A stretch of DNA of 64,000 bases from Candidatus Brennerbacteria bacterium (lineage in GTDB: Bacteria; Patescibacteriota; Minisyncoccia; UBA6257; GWB1-50-10). Position 1 is the stretch's first letter, and every line of letters starts with the position of its first letter. The translations under genes were made by a program, and so were the position numbers. The stretch lies in the NCBI GenBank assembly GCA_016183535.1, contig JACPEK010000002.1:1382-65381 (forward strand), in the 5' to 3' direction. This document shows, piece by piece, positions 38,915-47,909 of the stretch. A model generated the notes under the pieces. It had not been told where the DNA came from. It did no database searches and saw only the letters and a list, made by a program, of their open reading frames with translations.

Positions 38915-39672
38915 TGCGGTTGAAGACGAAAAAAGATATCGCGGCGCTCCGTGTCTCGGGGCGTATTCTTGCGGAGACGCTCCATTCGCTAGCGAAAGAA
39001 TGCAAACGGGGAGTTTCGCTCGAATATTTGGATGATCTCGCGCGGGAGCGTATCAGAGTACAAGGAGCAAAGCCGGCATTCTTGGGATATCAACCGGCAT
39101 GGGCGGACGAGCCATACCCGGCGGCAATCTGCGCTTCCCTGAACGAACAGATCGTCCATGGTCTTCCTTCGGCCTATGTGATGCGGGATGGCGATGTGGT
39201 GAAGCTTGACTTAGGTGTGGACTATCGGGGTTATTTTACCGATGCGGCGATCACGGTTGCGGTAGGGAAGATTCCGGCGCGGAGCGCGCGTCTCATTGTG
39301 GCGACAAAAAAAGCGCTTATGGCGGGTATTCGCGCGGCGCGGCCGGGAAACCGTCTGGGCGATGTGGGGTACGCGATAGCGCGCGCGATAGAGGGCGCAG
39401 GGTTTCGTATCGTGAATGGTCTCACGGGTCATGGTGTGGGGTTCGCGCCGCACGAGGATCCGGAGGTTTTGAATTATGGCGAGAGGGGAACAGGTTTGGA
39501 GATCAAGCCGGGACTCGTGATCGCGATAGAGCCGATGGCGAGCGCGGGGACGCCCGAGGCGAGAGAAAATCCCGACGGGAGTTTCTCGACGGCGGACGGT
39601 TCGGTTGCGGCGCATTTCGAGCATACGGTATACGTGGGCGAGAAAGGGCCCGAGATATTGACTTCTGCGTAG
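38914..39672 (+). CDS. map: Type I methionine aminopeptidase
   Basis: Pita-bread fold; metal ligands D...D...H...E...E (GHGVGFAPHE, VIAIEPM). Confidence 0.92.
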   Translation: MRLKTKKDIAALRVSGRILAETLHSLAKECKRGVSLEYLDDLARERIRVQGAKPAFLGYQPAWADEPYPAAICASLNEQIVHGLPSAYVMRDGDVVKLDLGVDYRGYFTDAAITVAVGKIPARSARLIVATKKALMAGIRAARPGNRLGDVGYAIARAIEGAGFRIVNGLTGHGVGFAPHEDPEVLNYGERGTGLEIKPGLVIAIEPMASAGTPEARENPDGSFSTADGSVAAHFEHTVYVGEKGPEILTSA

Positions 39673-39733
39673 CGGCTGGGGTATAGTGGCCCGCGGATCT
39701 TTTTATTTTATTTTTCCAACGAAAGGAGTCTTC

Positions 39734-39991
39734 ATGGAAGAAAAAGAACTGGCGCTCGGACTTGTCGCGTTCGTAATTTCGGCGCCCATCAGTCGCTTTC
39801 TTATAGGACGTACGTTTCTTGCGGATAGCGCGGAGAAGCGAAAAAAAAGCGCGTTCGCGCTTTTCATTTTTGTTCTTGCCGCATCGGTGGCCGCTCTTTC
39901 GGGCGACATTCTGCCGAGTATCGGTTTCGGTTCCCTTGCGGGGATCGTAATCGGGGCGCTCATTGCGCCACTCGACCGAACGCGAAAATAA
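39734..39991 (+). CDS. Hypothetical small membrane protein
   Basis: AAAGGAG Shine-Dalgarno 6 nt upstream of the ATG. 85 aa with 2-3 TM helices. Confidence 0.4.
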   Translation: MEEKELALGLVAFVISAPISRFLIGRTFLADSAEKRKKSAFALFIFVLAASVAALSGDILPSIGFGSLAGIVIGALIAPLDRTRK

Positions 39992-40028
39992 AAAAACTCG
40001 CCTCCCCTTCATAGTGGGGGCGTTTTTA

Positions 40029-42296
40029 TTATTTCCGAAGTGCGTCCTCGCTTTTCAATTTATGGGGGTTGTGCGCGGGACAGGATTTATTCGAACATCG
40101 TTCGGGGATGGTCTTTGTGCCCTCCATCATCAAAGCCCCGCAGATATCGCACGTATTTCCCGTGGGGCGGGATTTCATGATGAATTTGCACTTCGGGTAG
40201 TTTTTACAGCTGTAGAACGGGCCGAAGCGGCCGCGTCGCGCGACGATCTCTCCGCTATCTTCAGGGCATTTCACGCCGGTGCCGTTCGAGTTGTTTTCGC
40301 TCTCCTTCACATATTTGCATTTCGGATAATTCGAGCATGCGATGAAGAAACCAAATCGTCCCTCGCGCTCAACAAGTTTTCCTCCGCCCGCCGGCGGATT
40401 TGCGCCCCCGCATCGCGGGCACACCTCCCCGATTTCTTTTGGCGGCTCCATTACACTCCCGTCGGCTTTACGGGCGCCGAGACATTCGGGAAACCGCTTG
40501 CAACTCAAAAATTTTCCCGTGCGGCCGAGTTTCACCACCATAGGACCTCCACAGAGCGGGCATACGTGCGCGGCATCCGCTTCGCCGAGCGTTGTGGCTT
40601 TTTCTATTTTTTCTTTTGCTTTGACGTCTTTCGCGAAGGGGCTGTAGAAATCTTTGAGCGTTTTCACATAGTTACGTTTTCCATCTGCAATCTCGTCCAG
40701 ATCATTTTCCATTTCCGCAGTGAAGGAGTCGCTGATGTAATGACCGAAGTGTTGCTCGAGGAACCCGGAAACCACCTCGCCGGTGTCGGTGGGTTTCAAA
40801 GACCGGCCGAGCTTTTCGACGTAGCCGCGCTTTTGAAGGGTGGTGATGATGGAGGCGTAGGTCGAGGGGCGGCCGATCTCCCGCTTCTCGAGCTCCTTCA
40901 CGAGTCCCGCTTCGGTGTAGCGCGGCGGCGGCTCGGTTTGCTTCTCCTCCTCCGTGATATTTTTGAGGGTGAGCGGTTCGCTCTCTCTTACCTCCGGGAG
41001 TTCCGTATCTTCGCCTCGGGCGCGCGGGTCGCCGGCAAGCCAGCCGGGAAACTGCACAATACTTCCCGTTGCAGAAAAATCGGGGCTAGAAATCGCGGAG
41101 CGATTTCGCCCGACCGCGCCTTCGGTGCGATTTAGGGAATGGCTACCGCTTATGACATTTGCCGTCACGGTGGTACGCAGGAGCCGCGCCTCCGCCATTT
41201 GCGATGCGAGCGTGCGTTCGCGGATCAAAGTGTAGAGTTTTTTTTGTTCCTCGTTCGCACCTGCGGATTTTTTTCGCGCATCCGTCGGGCGTATTGCCTC
41301 GTGCGCCTCCTGCGCGGTCTTGGATCGCGTTGCGTACGTGCGCGGCGCGAGATATTCTTTTCCGAACGTCTGTTCGATCACGCCGTAGATTACAGGAAGC
41401 ACTTCCTTGCTTAAATTCAAACTATCAGTGCGCATGTAGGTGATGAACCCCTGCTCGTAGAGTTTTTGCGCGACGGCCATCGTGCGGGAAGGCGCGAAGC
41501 CGAGGCGGGAACTTGCGGTTTGCTGGAGCGTCGAGGTGATAAAGGGCGGGCGTGGCGACCGTTTCACCTCGGTCTGTTTCACACCCGTCACGCGCCACGG
41601 ATGTTTTTTTGCGGTGGCAAGGATGGCGTCCGCTTCGGCGCGATCGCGCGGTTCTTTGGTGCAGGTGAGAATAATCGATTTCTTCCCTTCGGTAAGAAAT
41701 TCGCCGGTGATCACCCAGAACGTCTCTGGCGCGAATTTTTGTATCTCGCGCTCGCGCTCGACAAGGATCCGGAGCGCGGGGGACTGTACGCGGCCCGCCG
41801 AGAGACCGTACCGCACTTTTTTCCAGATGAGGCCCGAGAGGTCATATCCGAAGAGGCGATCAAGAACTCTTCGCGCCTCCTGCGCTTTCACGAGATGTGG
41901 ATCTACGTCGCGCGGATGCGCGATCGCCTCGCGCACGGCGGGTTCCGTGATCTCATGGAAAACCACTCGTTTCGCTTTCTCGCCCGGTTTCAGAAGTTCC
42001 GCAATGTGCCAGGCGATTGCCTCGCCCTCGCGGTCGGGGTCGGTGGCGAGGTAGACGGTCTCGGCTTTTTTCGCGAGTTTTGCGAGCTCGGCGACGATTG
42101 CGTCCTTGCCCTTCACCACCTCGTAGCGGGGGACGAAGCCGCCCGGAACATCAATCGCCTCCCGGTTGCTTTTCGGAAGGTCGCGCACATGCCCCACGCT
42201 CGCCTTGATGGTGAACGATTTGTCGAGATATTTCGAAATAGTCCGCGCTTTTGTTGGAGATTCAACTATTACCAAGTTCATATTTCGACTACTCAC
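40029..42296 (-). CDS. topA: DNA topoisomerase I with multiple C-terminal zinc ribbons
   Basis: TOPRIM LVIVESPTKA, active-site region YTEAGLVKELE...; 4 C-terminal CxxC...CxxC modules. Confidence 0.93.
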   Translation of the reverse strand: MSSRNMNLVIVESPTKARTISKYLDKSFTIKASVGHVRDLPKSNREAIDVPGGFVPRYEVVKGKDAIVAELAKLAKKAETVYLATDPDREGEAIAWHIAELLKPGEKAKRVVFHEITEPAVREAIAHPRDVDPHLVKAQEARRVLDRLFGYDLSGLIWKKVRYGLSAGRVQSPALRILVEREREIQKFAPETFWVITGEFLTEGKKSIILTCTKEPRDRAEADAILATAKKHPWRVTGVKQTEVKRSPRPPFITSTLQQTASSRLGFAPSRTMAVAQKLYEQGFITYMRTDSLNLSKEVLPVIYGVIEQTFGKEYLAPRTYATRSKTAQEAHEAIRPTDARKKSAGANEEQKKLYTLIRERTLASQMAEARLLRTTVTANVISGSHSLNRTEGAVGRNRSAISSPDFSATGSIVQFPGWLAGDPRARGEDTELPEVRESEPLTLKNITEEEKQTEPPPRYTEAGLVKELEKREIGRPSTYASIITTLQKRGYVEKLGRSLKPTDTGEVVSGFLEQHFGHYISDSFTAEMENDLDEIADGKRNYVKTLKDFYSPFAKDVKAKEKIEKATTLGEADAAHVCPLCGGPMVVKLGRTGKFLSCKRFPECLGARKADGSVMEPPKEIGEVCPRCGGANPPAGGGKLVEREGRFGFFIACSNYPKCKYVKESENNSNGTGVKCPEDSGEIVARRGRFGPFYSCKNYPKCKFIMKSRPTGNTCDICGALMMEGTKTIPERCSNKSCPAHNPHKLKSEDALRK

Positions 42297-42311
42297 TGCT
42301 TTTTTTGCCGC

Positions 42312-43193
42312 TCAATGAATTCTGAATTTTCCATTTTCTTCCGTGATCGTGCCTTCGAGTGTAAGCATCGTAAGATGGGTGAGCACGATATTGGGCTCCA
42401 GTGTAGTGAGTGCCGCTATTTTGTCAACGGAAAGAGGTTCGCGTGCCGTGATGAGCGCCGCGAAAACGGGGTTCGAAACGGCGCGGGGTTCGGTGAGACG
42501 TTCGGCGCGCGCGGACTTGCTCGCCAAAGCTTCCGCGACGGCGGGGAGGTCTTCTAAGAGATCTTTCGCGTTTCGTATGAGCCGCGCTCCTTCGCGAATG
42601 AGCATATGCGATCCTTCGTAGTGCGGGTGATCGGCGGGACCCGGCATGACGAACACTTCGCGTCCTTGGTTTGCGGCATGGCGCGCGGTCGCCAAAGCGC
42701 CCGAGGCGATCGGAGCTTCGACGATTATGACGGCGTCCGCGAGTCCGCTGATAATACGGTTCCGTGCGAGAAACTGGTTCGGGTAGGCGGGAGTTCCCGC
42801 GGGATATTCGGAAATAATCGCGCCGCGCACTTCAATGCGCCGCCCCAACGATTCGTGGGAAGAGGGATAGATCGTATCGGCGCCACACCCGAGGACCGCC
42901 ACCGTGATTCCTTCGGCGTCCAACGCTCCTTCGTGCGCGGCGGCGTCGACACCGAGCGCGAGGCCAGAGACGATCACCGCGCCGCGATTTCCGAGCTCGC
43001 GGGCGAGCGTACGTGCGCGCGCCCGCCCCTCATGGGTGGCTTTTCGCGTGCCGACTATCGCGATCACAGGGACGTCGTCTTGCGGAAGCGTGCCGCGCAC
43101 ATAAAGCGTGGTTGGTGGATCGGCGATTTCCTTGAGTCGAGTGGGATAAACGCTGTCATAGCGTGAAACAGCGTATATGTTTTTTACCTCCAT
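42312..43193 (-). CDS. dprA: DNA processing protein DprA (Smf)
   Basis: Rossmann-like DprA domain GLALGVDAAAHEGAL...; C-terminal winged-helix-like tail. Confidence 0.88.
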   Translation of the reverse strand: MEVKNIYAVSRYDSVYPTRLKEIADPPTTLYVRGTLPQDDVPVIAIVGTRKATHEGRARARTLARELGNRGAVIVSGLALGVDAAAHEGALDAEGITVAVLGCGADTIYPSSHESLGRRIEVRGAIISEYPAGTPAYPNQFLARNRIISGLADAVIIVEAPIASGALATARHAANQGREVFVMPGPADHPHYEGSHMLIREGARLIRNAKDLLEDLPAVAEALASKSARAERLTEPRAVSNPVFAALITAREPLSVDKIAALTTLEPNIVLTHLTMLTLEGTITEENGKFRIH

Positions 43194-43268
43194 ACGGATT
43201 AAACCGGTTATCTTAGTCGCCTTCCATACTATATAATGATAGCATTGCGGGGGATACCTTGTATTTTT

Positions 43269-43799
43269 ATGACATCATTCAAGAACAAACTCTTCGTGGA
43301 AATTGGCATTGGGGGAGGTATAGTGATTGCGCTTGGCATCGCGCTTGCCATGCTCGGCGGATCTATGAAAACCGCGAGCGGGCGCGTCGTAACGACTCGG
43401 ACGGAACTTCTCGAACGCTCTGCCTCGGTAGGATCTCTTGCGGCGCTCCGCGAGACATGGAAAACCAGAGCAGAGACGAGTTTGAACGTACTACGGAACG
43501 TGGTGCCGGAGAAAGATACGCTCATTAATGTTTCGCGTGATTTCCAGTCGCTCGCGTCGCAAACCCGCACCGAGTATTCATTCGGGTTCGTCGGGGAGAC
43601 GCCGGCGGGTGCGGCGGGCGATATCGGCGCGCTAAACTTTCGGCTTACGCTCCGCGGAGATCTCCCGAACATCTACTCGTTTATCGAGAAGTTTAGAGAA
43701 TTTCCGTATTTCTCCATGATTGACAGTTTTGTCATCGAGCGAAAAGGATCCGAAGCGCGAAGCGAACTCGTTGCGAATGGGAGGATATTCTACCGCTGA
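43269..43799 (+). CDS. PilO-like type IV pilus / competence pilus assembly protein
   Basis: N-terminal TM, a coiled coil, then a C-terminal ferredoxin-like region LRGDLPNIYSFIEKFREFPYFSMIDSFVIERKG...VANGRIFYR resembling PilO C-domains. It is divergent from dprA. Confidence 0.5.
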   Translation: MTSFKNKLFVEIGIGGGIVIALGIALAMLGGSMKTASGRVVTTRTELLERSASVGSLAALRETWKTRAETSLNVLRNVVPEKDTLINVSRDFQSLASQTRTEYSFGFVGETPAGAAGDIGALNFRLTLRGDLPNIYSFIEKFREFPYFSMIDSFVIERKGSEARSELVANGRIFYR

Positions 43800-43821
43800 C
43801 CATCAACTATTTTCATCTGCC

Positions 43822-44052
43822 ATGGATCGTCTCAAACGCGCCTTGGACGGCATTCAAAAAATAAAGCTGACGCGACGCACCCTCTTTTCCGCTTTGGGGA
43901 TGGTGATGGCGGTAGTAGTAGTGGGCGTTATCGTATGGCTCTCTACGTTTCTCGCAAACCAAATCAACGAGGCTTTGACCGCTGACCCGCATGCCGCTCC
44001 CTCGGTGCGGTTTGACATCGAAGGTTTTGAGAAGTTACAACTAACGAAGTAG
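43822..44052 (+). CDS. Hypothetical small membrane protein (possible pilus-assembly partner)
   Basis: 76 aa with a single TM helix VMAVVVVGVIVWL; it follows the pilO-like gene. Confidence 0.35.
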   Translation: MDRLKRALDGIQKIKLTRRTLFSALGMVMAVVVVGVIVWLSTFLANQINEALTADPHAAPSVRFDIEGFEKLQLTK

Positions 44053-44055
44053 CGG

Positions 44056-44130
44056 TGGTGGGTGTGGAAGGAATCGAACCTTCGACCTCTGTCTTATCAG
44101 GACAGCGTTCTACCACTGAACTACACACCC
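44056..44130 (-). tRNA. tRNA-Ile (anticodon GAT), CCA encoded
   Basis: The reverse complement folds as GGGTGTG...CACACCC-A-CCA with anticodon loop CTGATAA and T-loop TTCGATT. Confidence 0.75.
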
Positions 44131-44184
44131 GAACGGATTCTATCGTGCCATTGTCGTCGTATTTTTTCAAGCGAAATAGTTATC

Positions 44185-44414
44185 GGGCCGTTAGCTCAGC
44201 GGTAGAGCACTTCATTGGTCCCGATATTGTTCAAATTTTCAATTTGATTACAATATCGAGGATCCCGTATGACTTTGGTGGGCCTATAGCTTAATGGTAG
44301 AGCACCCGGTTTGCATCCGGGAGACGCGGGTTCGATTCCCACTAGGTCCACAGGTCCACCAAAGTTATCGGGACAATGAAAGGGTCGCCGGTTCAAATCC
44401 GGCACGGTCCACCA
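44185..44414 (+). tRNA. Interrupted tRNA-Thr (anticodon GGT): 5-prime exon 44185-44219, a 155-nt intervening sequence, and a 3-prime exon 44375-44414 with CCA
   Basis: Exon 1 GGGCCGT-TA-GCTC-AGCGGTA-GAGC-A-CTTCA-TTGGT joined to exon 2 AA-TGAAA-GGGTC-GCCGG-TTCAAAT-CCGGC-ACGGTCC-A-CCA gives a canonical 75-nt cloverleaf with G3:U70 and loop TTGGTAA. The exact junction is ambiguous by 1-2 nt. Confidence 0.5.
44280..44350 (+). tRNA. tRNA-Ala (anticodon TGC)-like sequence embedded in the intervening sequence (possibly a pseudo-tRNA)
   Basis: GGGCCTA/TAGGTCC acceptor with G3:U70; anticodon loop TTTGCAT. The T-stem GCGGG/CCCAC has one C-A mismatch. There is no CCA after the discriminator; it is followed by a duplicated GGTCCACCA. 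Confidence 0.45.
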
Positions 44415-44462
44415 AAGTTATACACAAACTCCTGCGGGAGCGGGCGATATAATTAAAGAGAA

Positions 44463-44723
44463 ATGAATCGGTCTACCATCATCGCGATTGTAATAGCCCT
44501 TATTGCCGTTGCGGTAGGCGTCTATTACTTTACGGCCGATCTCGATACGACGCCGGAGGAGCGCGCGCTTACCGAAGCGGCGGATCTCCTCGCGGGAGAC
44601 GAGTCGAGCAACTTGTCGTCCGTGGTGGATACGAGCGTGAATCCGGTGGGGGAAACGCCCGACGTGAATCCGGTGGAGCGCGCGAATCCCTTTAGCGGCG
44701 TGAAGACTAATCCGTTCGAATAA
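44463..44723 (+). CDS. Hypothetical small secreted or membrane-anchored protein
   Basis: 86 aa with an N-terminal TM/signal anchor and an acidic, Pro-rich C-terminus. Confidence 0.4.
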   Translation: MNRSTIIAIVIALIAVAVGVYYFTADLDTTPEERALTEAADLLAGDESSNLSSVVDTSVNPVGETPDVNPVERANPFSGVKTNPFE

Positions 44724-44725
44724 AT

Positions 44726-46582
44726 ATGAAACGAGAACTTATCGCGAGCGCGTTGATACTCTTTGTCGGCATCGTGGTCGCGGGAGCGGTGGCGGTCGTG
44801 CCGGCACTCGCGCAAGAAGGGAATGTGGCGAAGATCGAGTTTCCCGTCGCGGAGCTTGGCAATTGCGGGAGCGAGCAGGCGTGCAAAACCTATTGCGACG
44901 ATCCTGCGCACATCAAAGCGTGTGTGAATTTCGCGGAGCAGAACGGTCTCATGTCGCGCGCGGAAGCCGCGACCGCGCGGAAGTTCGCGGAAGGCGCATT
45001 CAAAGGCCCCGGCGGATGCACGTCGCGAGAATCGTGCGAATCGTACTGCGACGACGTGAGTCGCATTAATGAATGTGTGGCGTTCGCTGAATCGCAGGGG
45101 TTTCTCCCTCCCGAAGAATTAGCGGAGGTAAAACAGGTGCAATCCGCCATTGCGCGGGGCGTGGTGCCGCCCGCGTGCGGGAACAAGCGCGCGTGTGAAA
45201 GTTACTGCCGCGCGCCCGCGCACATGCAGGAATGTATCGCGTTCGGCGAAGCGGCTGGCTTCATCAAGGGGCAGGAATTGGAAGATGCGAAGAAAGTTTT
45301 GGGCGCGATAGAGAAAGGCGTAACCCCGCCCCCGTGCGGCGGGAAAAAAGAGTGCGATACCTACTGCGGAGAGGAAGCGAATTTCCCGCAGTGTATCGCG
45401 TTCGCGGAGGCCGCGGGGTTCATGTCGAAGGAAGAAGTTGCAATAGCAAAGAAGACGGGCGGGAAAGGCCCTGGCGGGTGCCGCGGCGAAGAATGTAAAA
45501 CCTATTGCGACAATCCCGCGAATCAGGGAATATGCTTCGCCTTCGCGAAGGAACATGGCCTCTTGAAACAGGAGGATCTTCAAAGGATGGAGGAGGGGAA
45601 GGCAAAGTTTGCGGAAGGGCTCCGGCAGGCGCCGCCCGAGGTGGCGGAGTGCTTGAAATCAACGGTAGGCGAAGAAGTATTGAACAAGCTTGCCACGGAG
45701 GGCGGTATGCCCCCGCGGGACCTGGGCGAGAAAATGCGCGCGTGTTTCGAGAATTTCAGACCTCGCCCGTCCGAAGAGTTCCGCGAAGGTGGGCCCTCGC
45801 AGGGGAATTTTCAAGGGCCGCCCTCGTTCGGAGAAGGTTTTGGTGAATCGCAGGGCGCATTCAGCGGCCCGGGCGGATGCACGAGTCCGGAAGAGTGCCG
45901 TTCCTACTGCGAATCGAATCCGGAGGCGTGCGCTAACTTTGGCGGCGGGATGATAAGGGAAGGAAGAGAAATTCCGCGTCCCGGCGAAGTTCCTCATTTC
46001 GAAGACGGGTTTCAAAGGGGTCAGTTCCCTGCATGTTCATCGCCCGAAGAGTGCAAACAGCAGTTCGAGGGTCGGGGCGGTTTCCCGGGCGGAACATCGG
46101 AGGGAGCGTTTCCGGTTCCTCCCAACAACATGATGCCGCAGGAGTTTCAAAAACAGTTTGGTGATCAATACCGCGCGGAATTTGAAAAACAATATCAACA
46201 AGGAAATATGCTGCCTGCGGGTCTTTCTCCGCAATATCCGCAAGGAGCGATGCCGTCTGGTGTGATGATGCCGCAGTCGCCGATGCGGGAGTTTCAGGGC
46301 GCGCCGTATCCCGCGCCGGGCGCGTATCCGCAACCGACCGGCGGAACCTATCCCTCACCGAGCGCTTATCCTTCAGGTGCAGAAAGTTTCCAGCAGTATC
46401 AGCAGTATCAAGGAACGACCGGCGGCTATCCGCCTGCCCCGACCGGAGCGTCGGGACCGCCACCTTCTGGTGAATTTAACGCGCCGCCGCCCGAGTTTCA
46501 AAGCGCGCCGCCGCCGCCTCCTTCAAGCTTGGGTCCGCAGACGCTCCTCGGTCTCTTCCTCAACATCTTCCGCGGCGAGTAG
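44726..46582 (+). CDS. Secreted cysteine-rich repeat protein (at least 6 repeats of ~50 aa, C-x4-C-x3-C-x8-9-C) with a C-terminal Q/P/Y/G low-complexity tail
   Basis: Signal peptide ending ALAQEG. Repeat units include GxCxSxExCxxYCDxPxHxxxCxxFAExxGF. The last ~200 aa are proline/glutamine rich. Confidence 0.7.
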   Translation: MKRELIASALILFVGIVVAGAVAVVPALAQEGNVAKIEFPVAELGNCGSEQACKTYCDDPAHIKACVNFAEQNGLMSRAEAATARKFAEGAFKGPGGCTSRESCESYCDDVSRINECVAFAESQGFLPPEELAEVKQVQSAIARGVVPPACGNKRACESYCRAPAHMQECIAFGEAAGFIKGQELEDAKKVLGAIEKGVTPPPCGGKKECDTYCGEEANFPQCIAFAEAAGFMSKEEVAIAKKTGGKGPGGCRGEECKTYCDNPANQGICFAFAKEHGLLKQEDLQRMEEGKAKFAEGLRQAPPEVAECLKSTVGEEVLNKLATEGGMPPRDLGEKMRACFENFRPRPSEEFREGGPSQGNFQGPPSFGEGFGESQGAFSGPGGCTSPEECRSYCESNPEACANFGGGMIREGREIPRPGEVPHFEDGFQRGQFPACSSPEECKQQFEGRGGFPGGTSEGAFPVPPNNMMPQEFQKQFGDQYRAEFEKQYQQGNMLPAGLSPQYPQGAMPSGVMMPQSPMREFQGAPYPAPGAYPQPTGGTYPSPSAYPSGAESFQQYQQYQGTTGGYPPAPTGASGPPPSGEFNAPPPEFQSAPPPPPSSLGPQTLLGLFLNIFRGE

Positions 46583-46675
46583 AAAATTCCCGAAGAATAT
46601 CGTCGGGAATTTTCTATTATCATGATCCCGTCGAGGCTTGTCTCGAGCGAAGCCGAGGGATAGGATGGTTCCGCC

Positions 46676-47170
46676 ATGACAAGGAAAGGGGTAAAACTAT
46701 TGAACGTAAAACCGTTCCGGGAGACCTCGGGGTTCTGCGGACCCGCGTCGCTCAAAATGGTACTCGCGTATTACGGTGTGCGGAAGTCCGAGCGCGCGCT
46801 CGCACGCCTTGCGGGTGCCACGCGAAGTCAGGGCGTGGAAGCGCCGGGTCTCGTGAAAGCGGCGCGACGGCTGGGGTTTATCGCGCGCATCAAGGACCGC
46901 GCGACGCTCGCGGACATCAAAAAGTACATAAGGAAGTGCATCCCCGTTATCGTGGACTGGTTTTCTAATGACGACGGCCATTATTCGGTGGTGGTCGGCA
47001 TCACAAAGAGCACTATCTATCTCCAGGATCCGGAAATCGGGCGGGTGCGGGCAATGGACACGAAGACATTCAAGCGGGTGTGGTTTGATTTTCCCGGCGA
47101 CATCCTCCGCTCCAAAAACGCGGTGGTTCTTCAGCGTATGCTCGTGGTCCGCCGTTCGGGCAAAAATTAA
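46676..47170 (+). CDS. Standalone peptidase C39-like (papain-fold) domain protein
   Basis: Catalytic Cys context SGFCGPASLKMVLAYYG and His context DGHYSVVVG. 164 aa with no ABC-transporter domain. Confidence 0.65.
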   Translation: MTRKGVKLLNVKPFRETSGFCGPASLKMVLAYYGVRKSERALARLAGATRSQGVEAPGLVKAARRLGFIARIKDRATLADIKKYIRKCIPVIVDWFSNDDGHYSVVVGITKSTIYLQDPEIGRVRAMDTKTFKRVWFDFPGDILRSKNAVVLQRMLVVRRSGKN

Positions 47171-47195
47171 AATGATCCCGCCAAGGGGAAGATTT

Positions 47196-47909
47196 TTAAT
47201 GAAGCGCTTCCTTGATTTGTTCGCGGACTTCTTTGCTGGCACGCAGGACGGGATTTTTCGAGGCGACCGCTATGACTCTTCCTTTTGCGTCGAAAACGTA
47301 ATCGTCCAGATACACGCCATTGCACACCTGACATTGCGGTATCGTGTTCGAGAGGGCGAGAGGTTTATGCGGATCCATATGCCCCTGTTGGAGCGCTGTT
47401 GTTTTGCCGGGCTCAAGAAAATTTGGCTTGTGTTCTTGTGAGCCGCACGTGGCGCAACGGAACCCGTACACTACTTTAAGTTGTGCAAAATCTTTTGCGG
47501 CAATACGCCCCGCGCGTTTCAGCGATTTGAAGAGAAACGTAGGCTTCGGACTTTCGGTAGTGATGAGAATATGGTAGCCGCTCGGCACCACTTCTTTTTT
47601 GTTCTGATATTTGTCGCCTTTATTAAGCACATACCATCCGTCGCTCGCCAGATGACGAACTTGCTGGTCTTTGCCCGCTTTCGGATTTACGCTCGCTACA
47701 AATGACGAAATGGTGTCTTTGTGGACGAGCGCGCCCTTGTTCTTCCGCAGGAAAATGAGCCACAAGGCTTTTATACTGTTCCTCGCCGGGAACTTCACGC
47801 TGTACGGCGAGAGGTGGGTTTTGTGTTCTGCTTCGAGTTTTCGGTACCAACTTTCTATTTCATCGGGGGACATATACACATGCCCTCCTTGCTTATCCAG
47901 TTTTTTCAT
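47196..47909 (-). CDS. HNH (His-Me finger) endonuclease, putative Type II restriction enzyme
   Basis: CATCGS...QQGHMDPHKP...NTIPQCQVCN (CxxC - H-x-DPH - N - CxxC). It overlaps the upstream methyltransferase gene by 17 nt in an AT-rich island. Confidence 0.6.
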   Translation of the reverse strand: MKKLDKQGGHVYMSPDEIESWYRKLEAEHKTHLSPYSVKFPARNSIKALWLIFLRKNKGALVHKDTISSFVASVNPKAGKDQQVRHLASDGWYVLNKGDKYQNKKEVVPSGYHILITTESPKPTFLFKSLKRAGRIAAKDFAQLKVVYGFRCATCGSQEHKPNFLEPGKTTALQQGHMDPHKPLALSNTIPQCQVCNGVYLDDYVFDAKGRVIAVASKNPVLRASKEVREQIKEALH

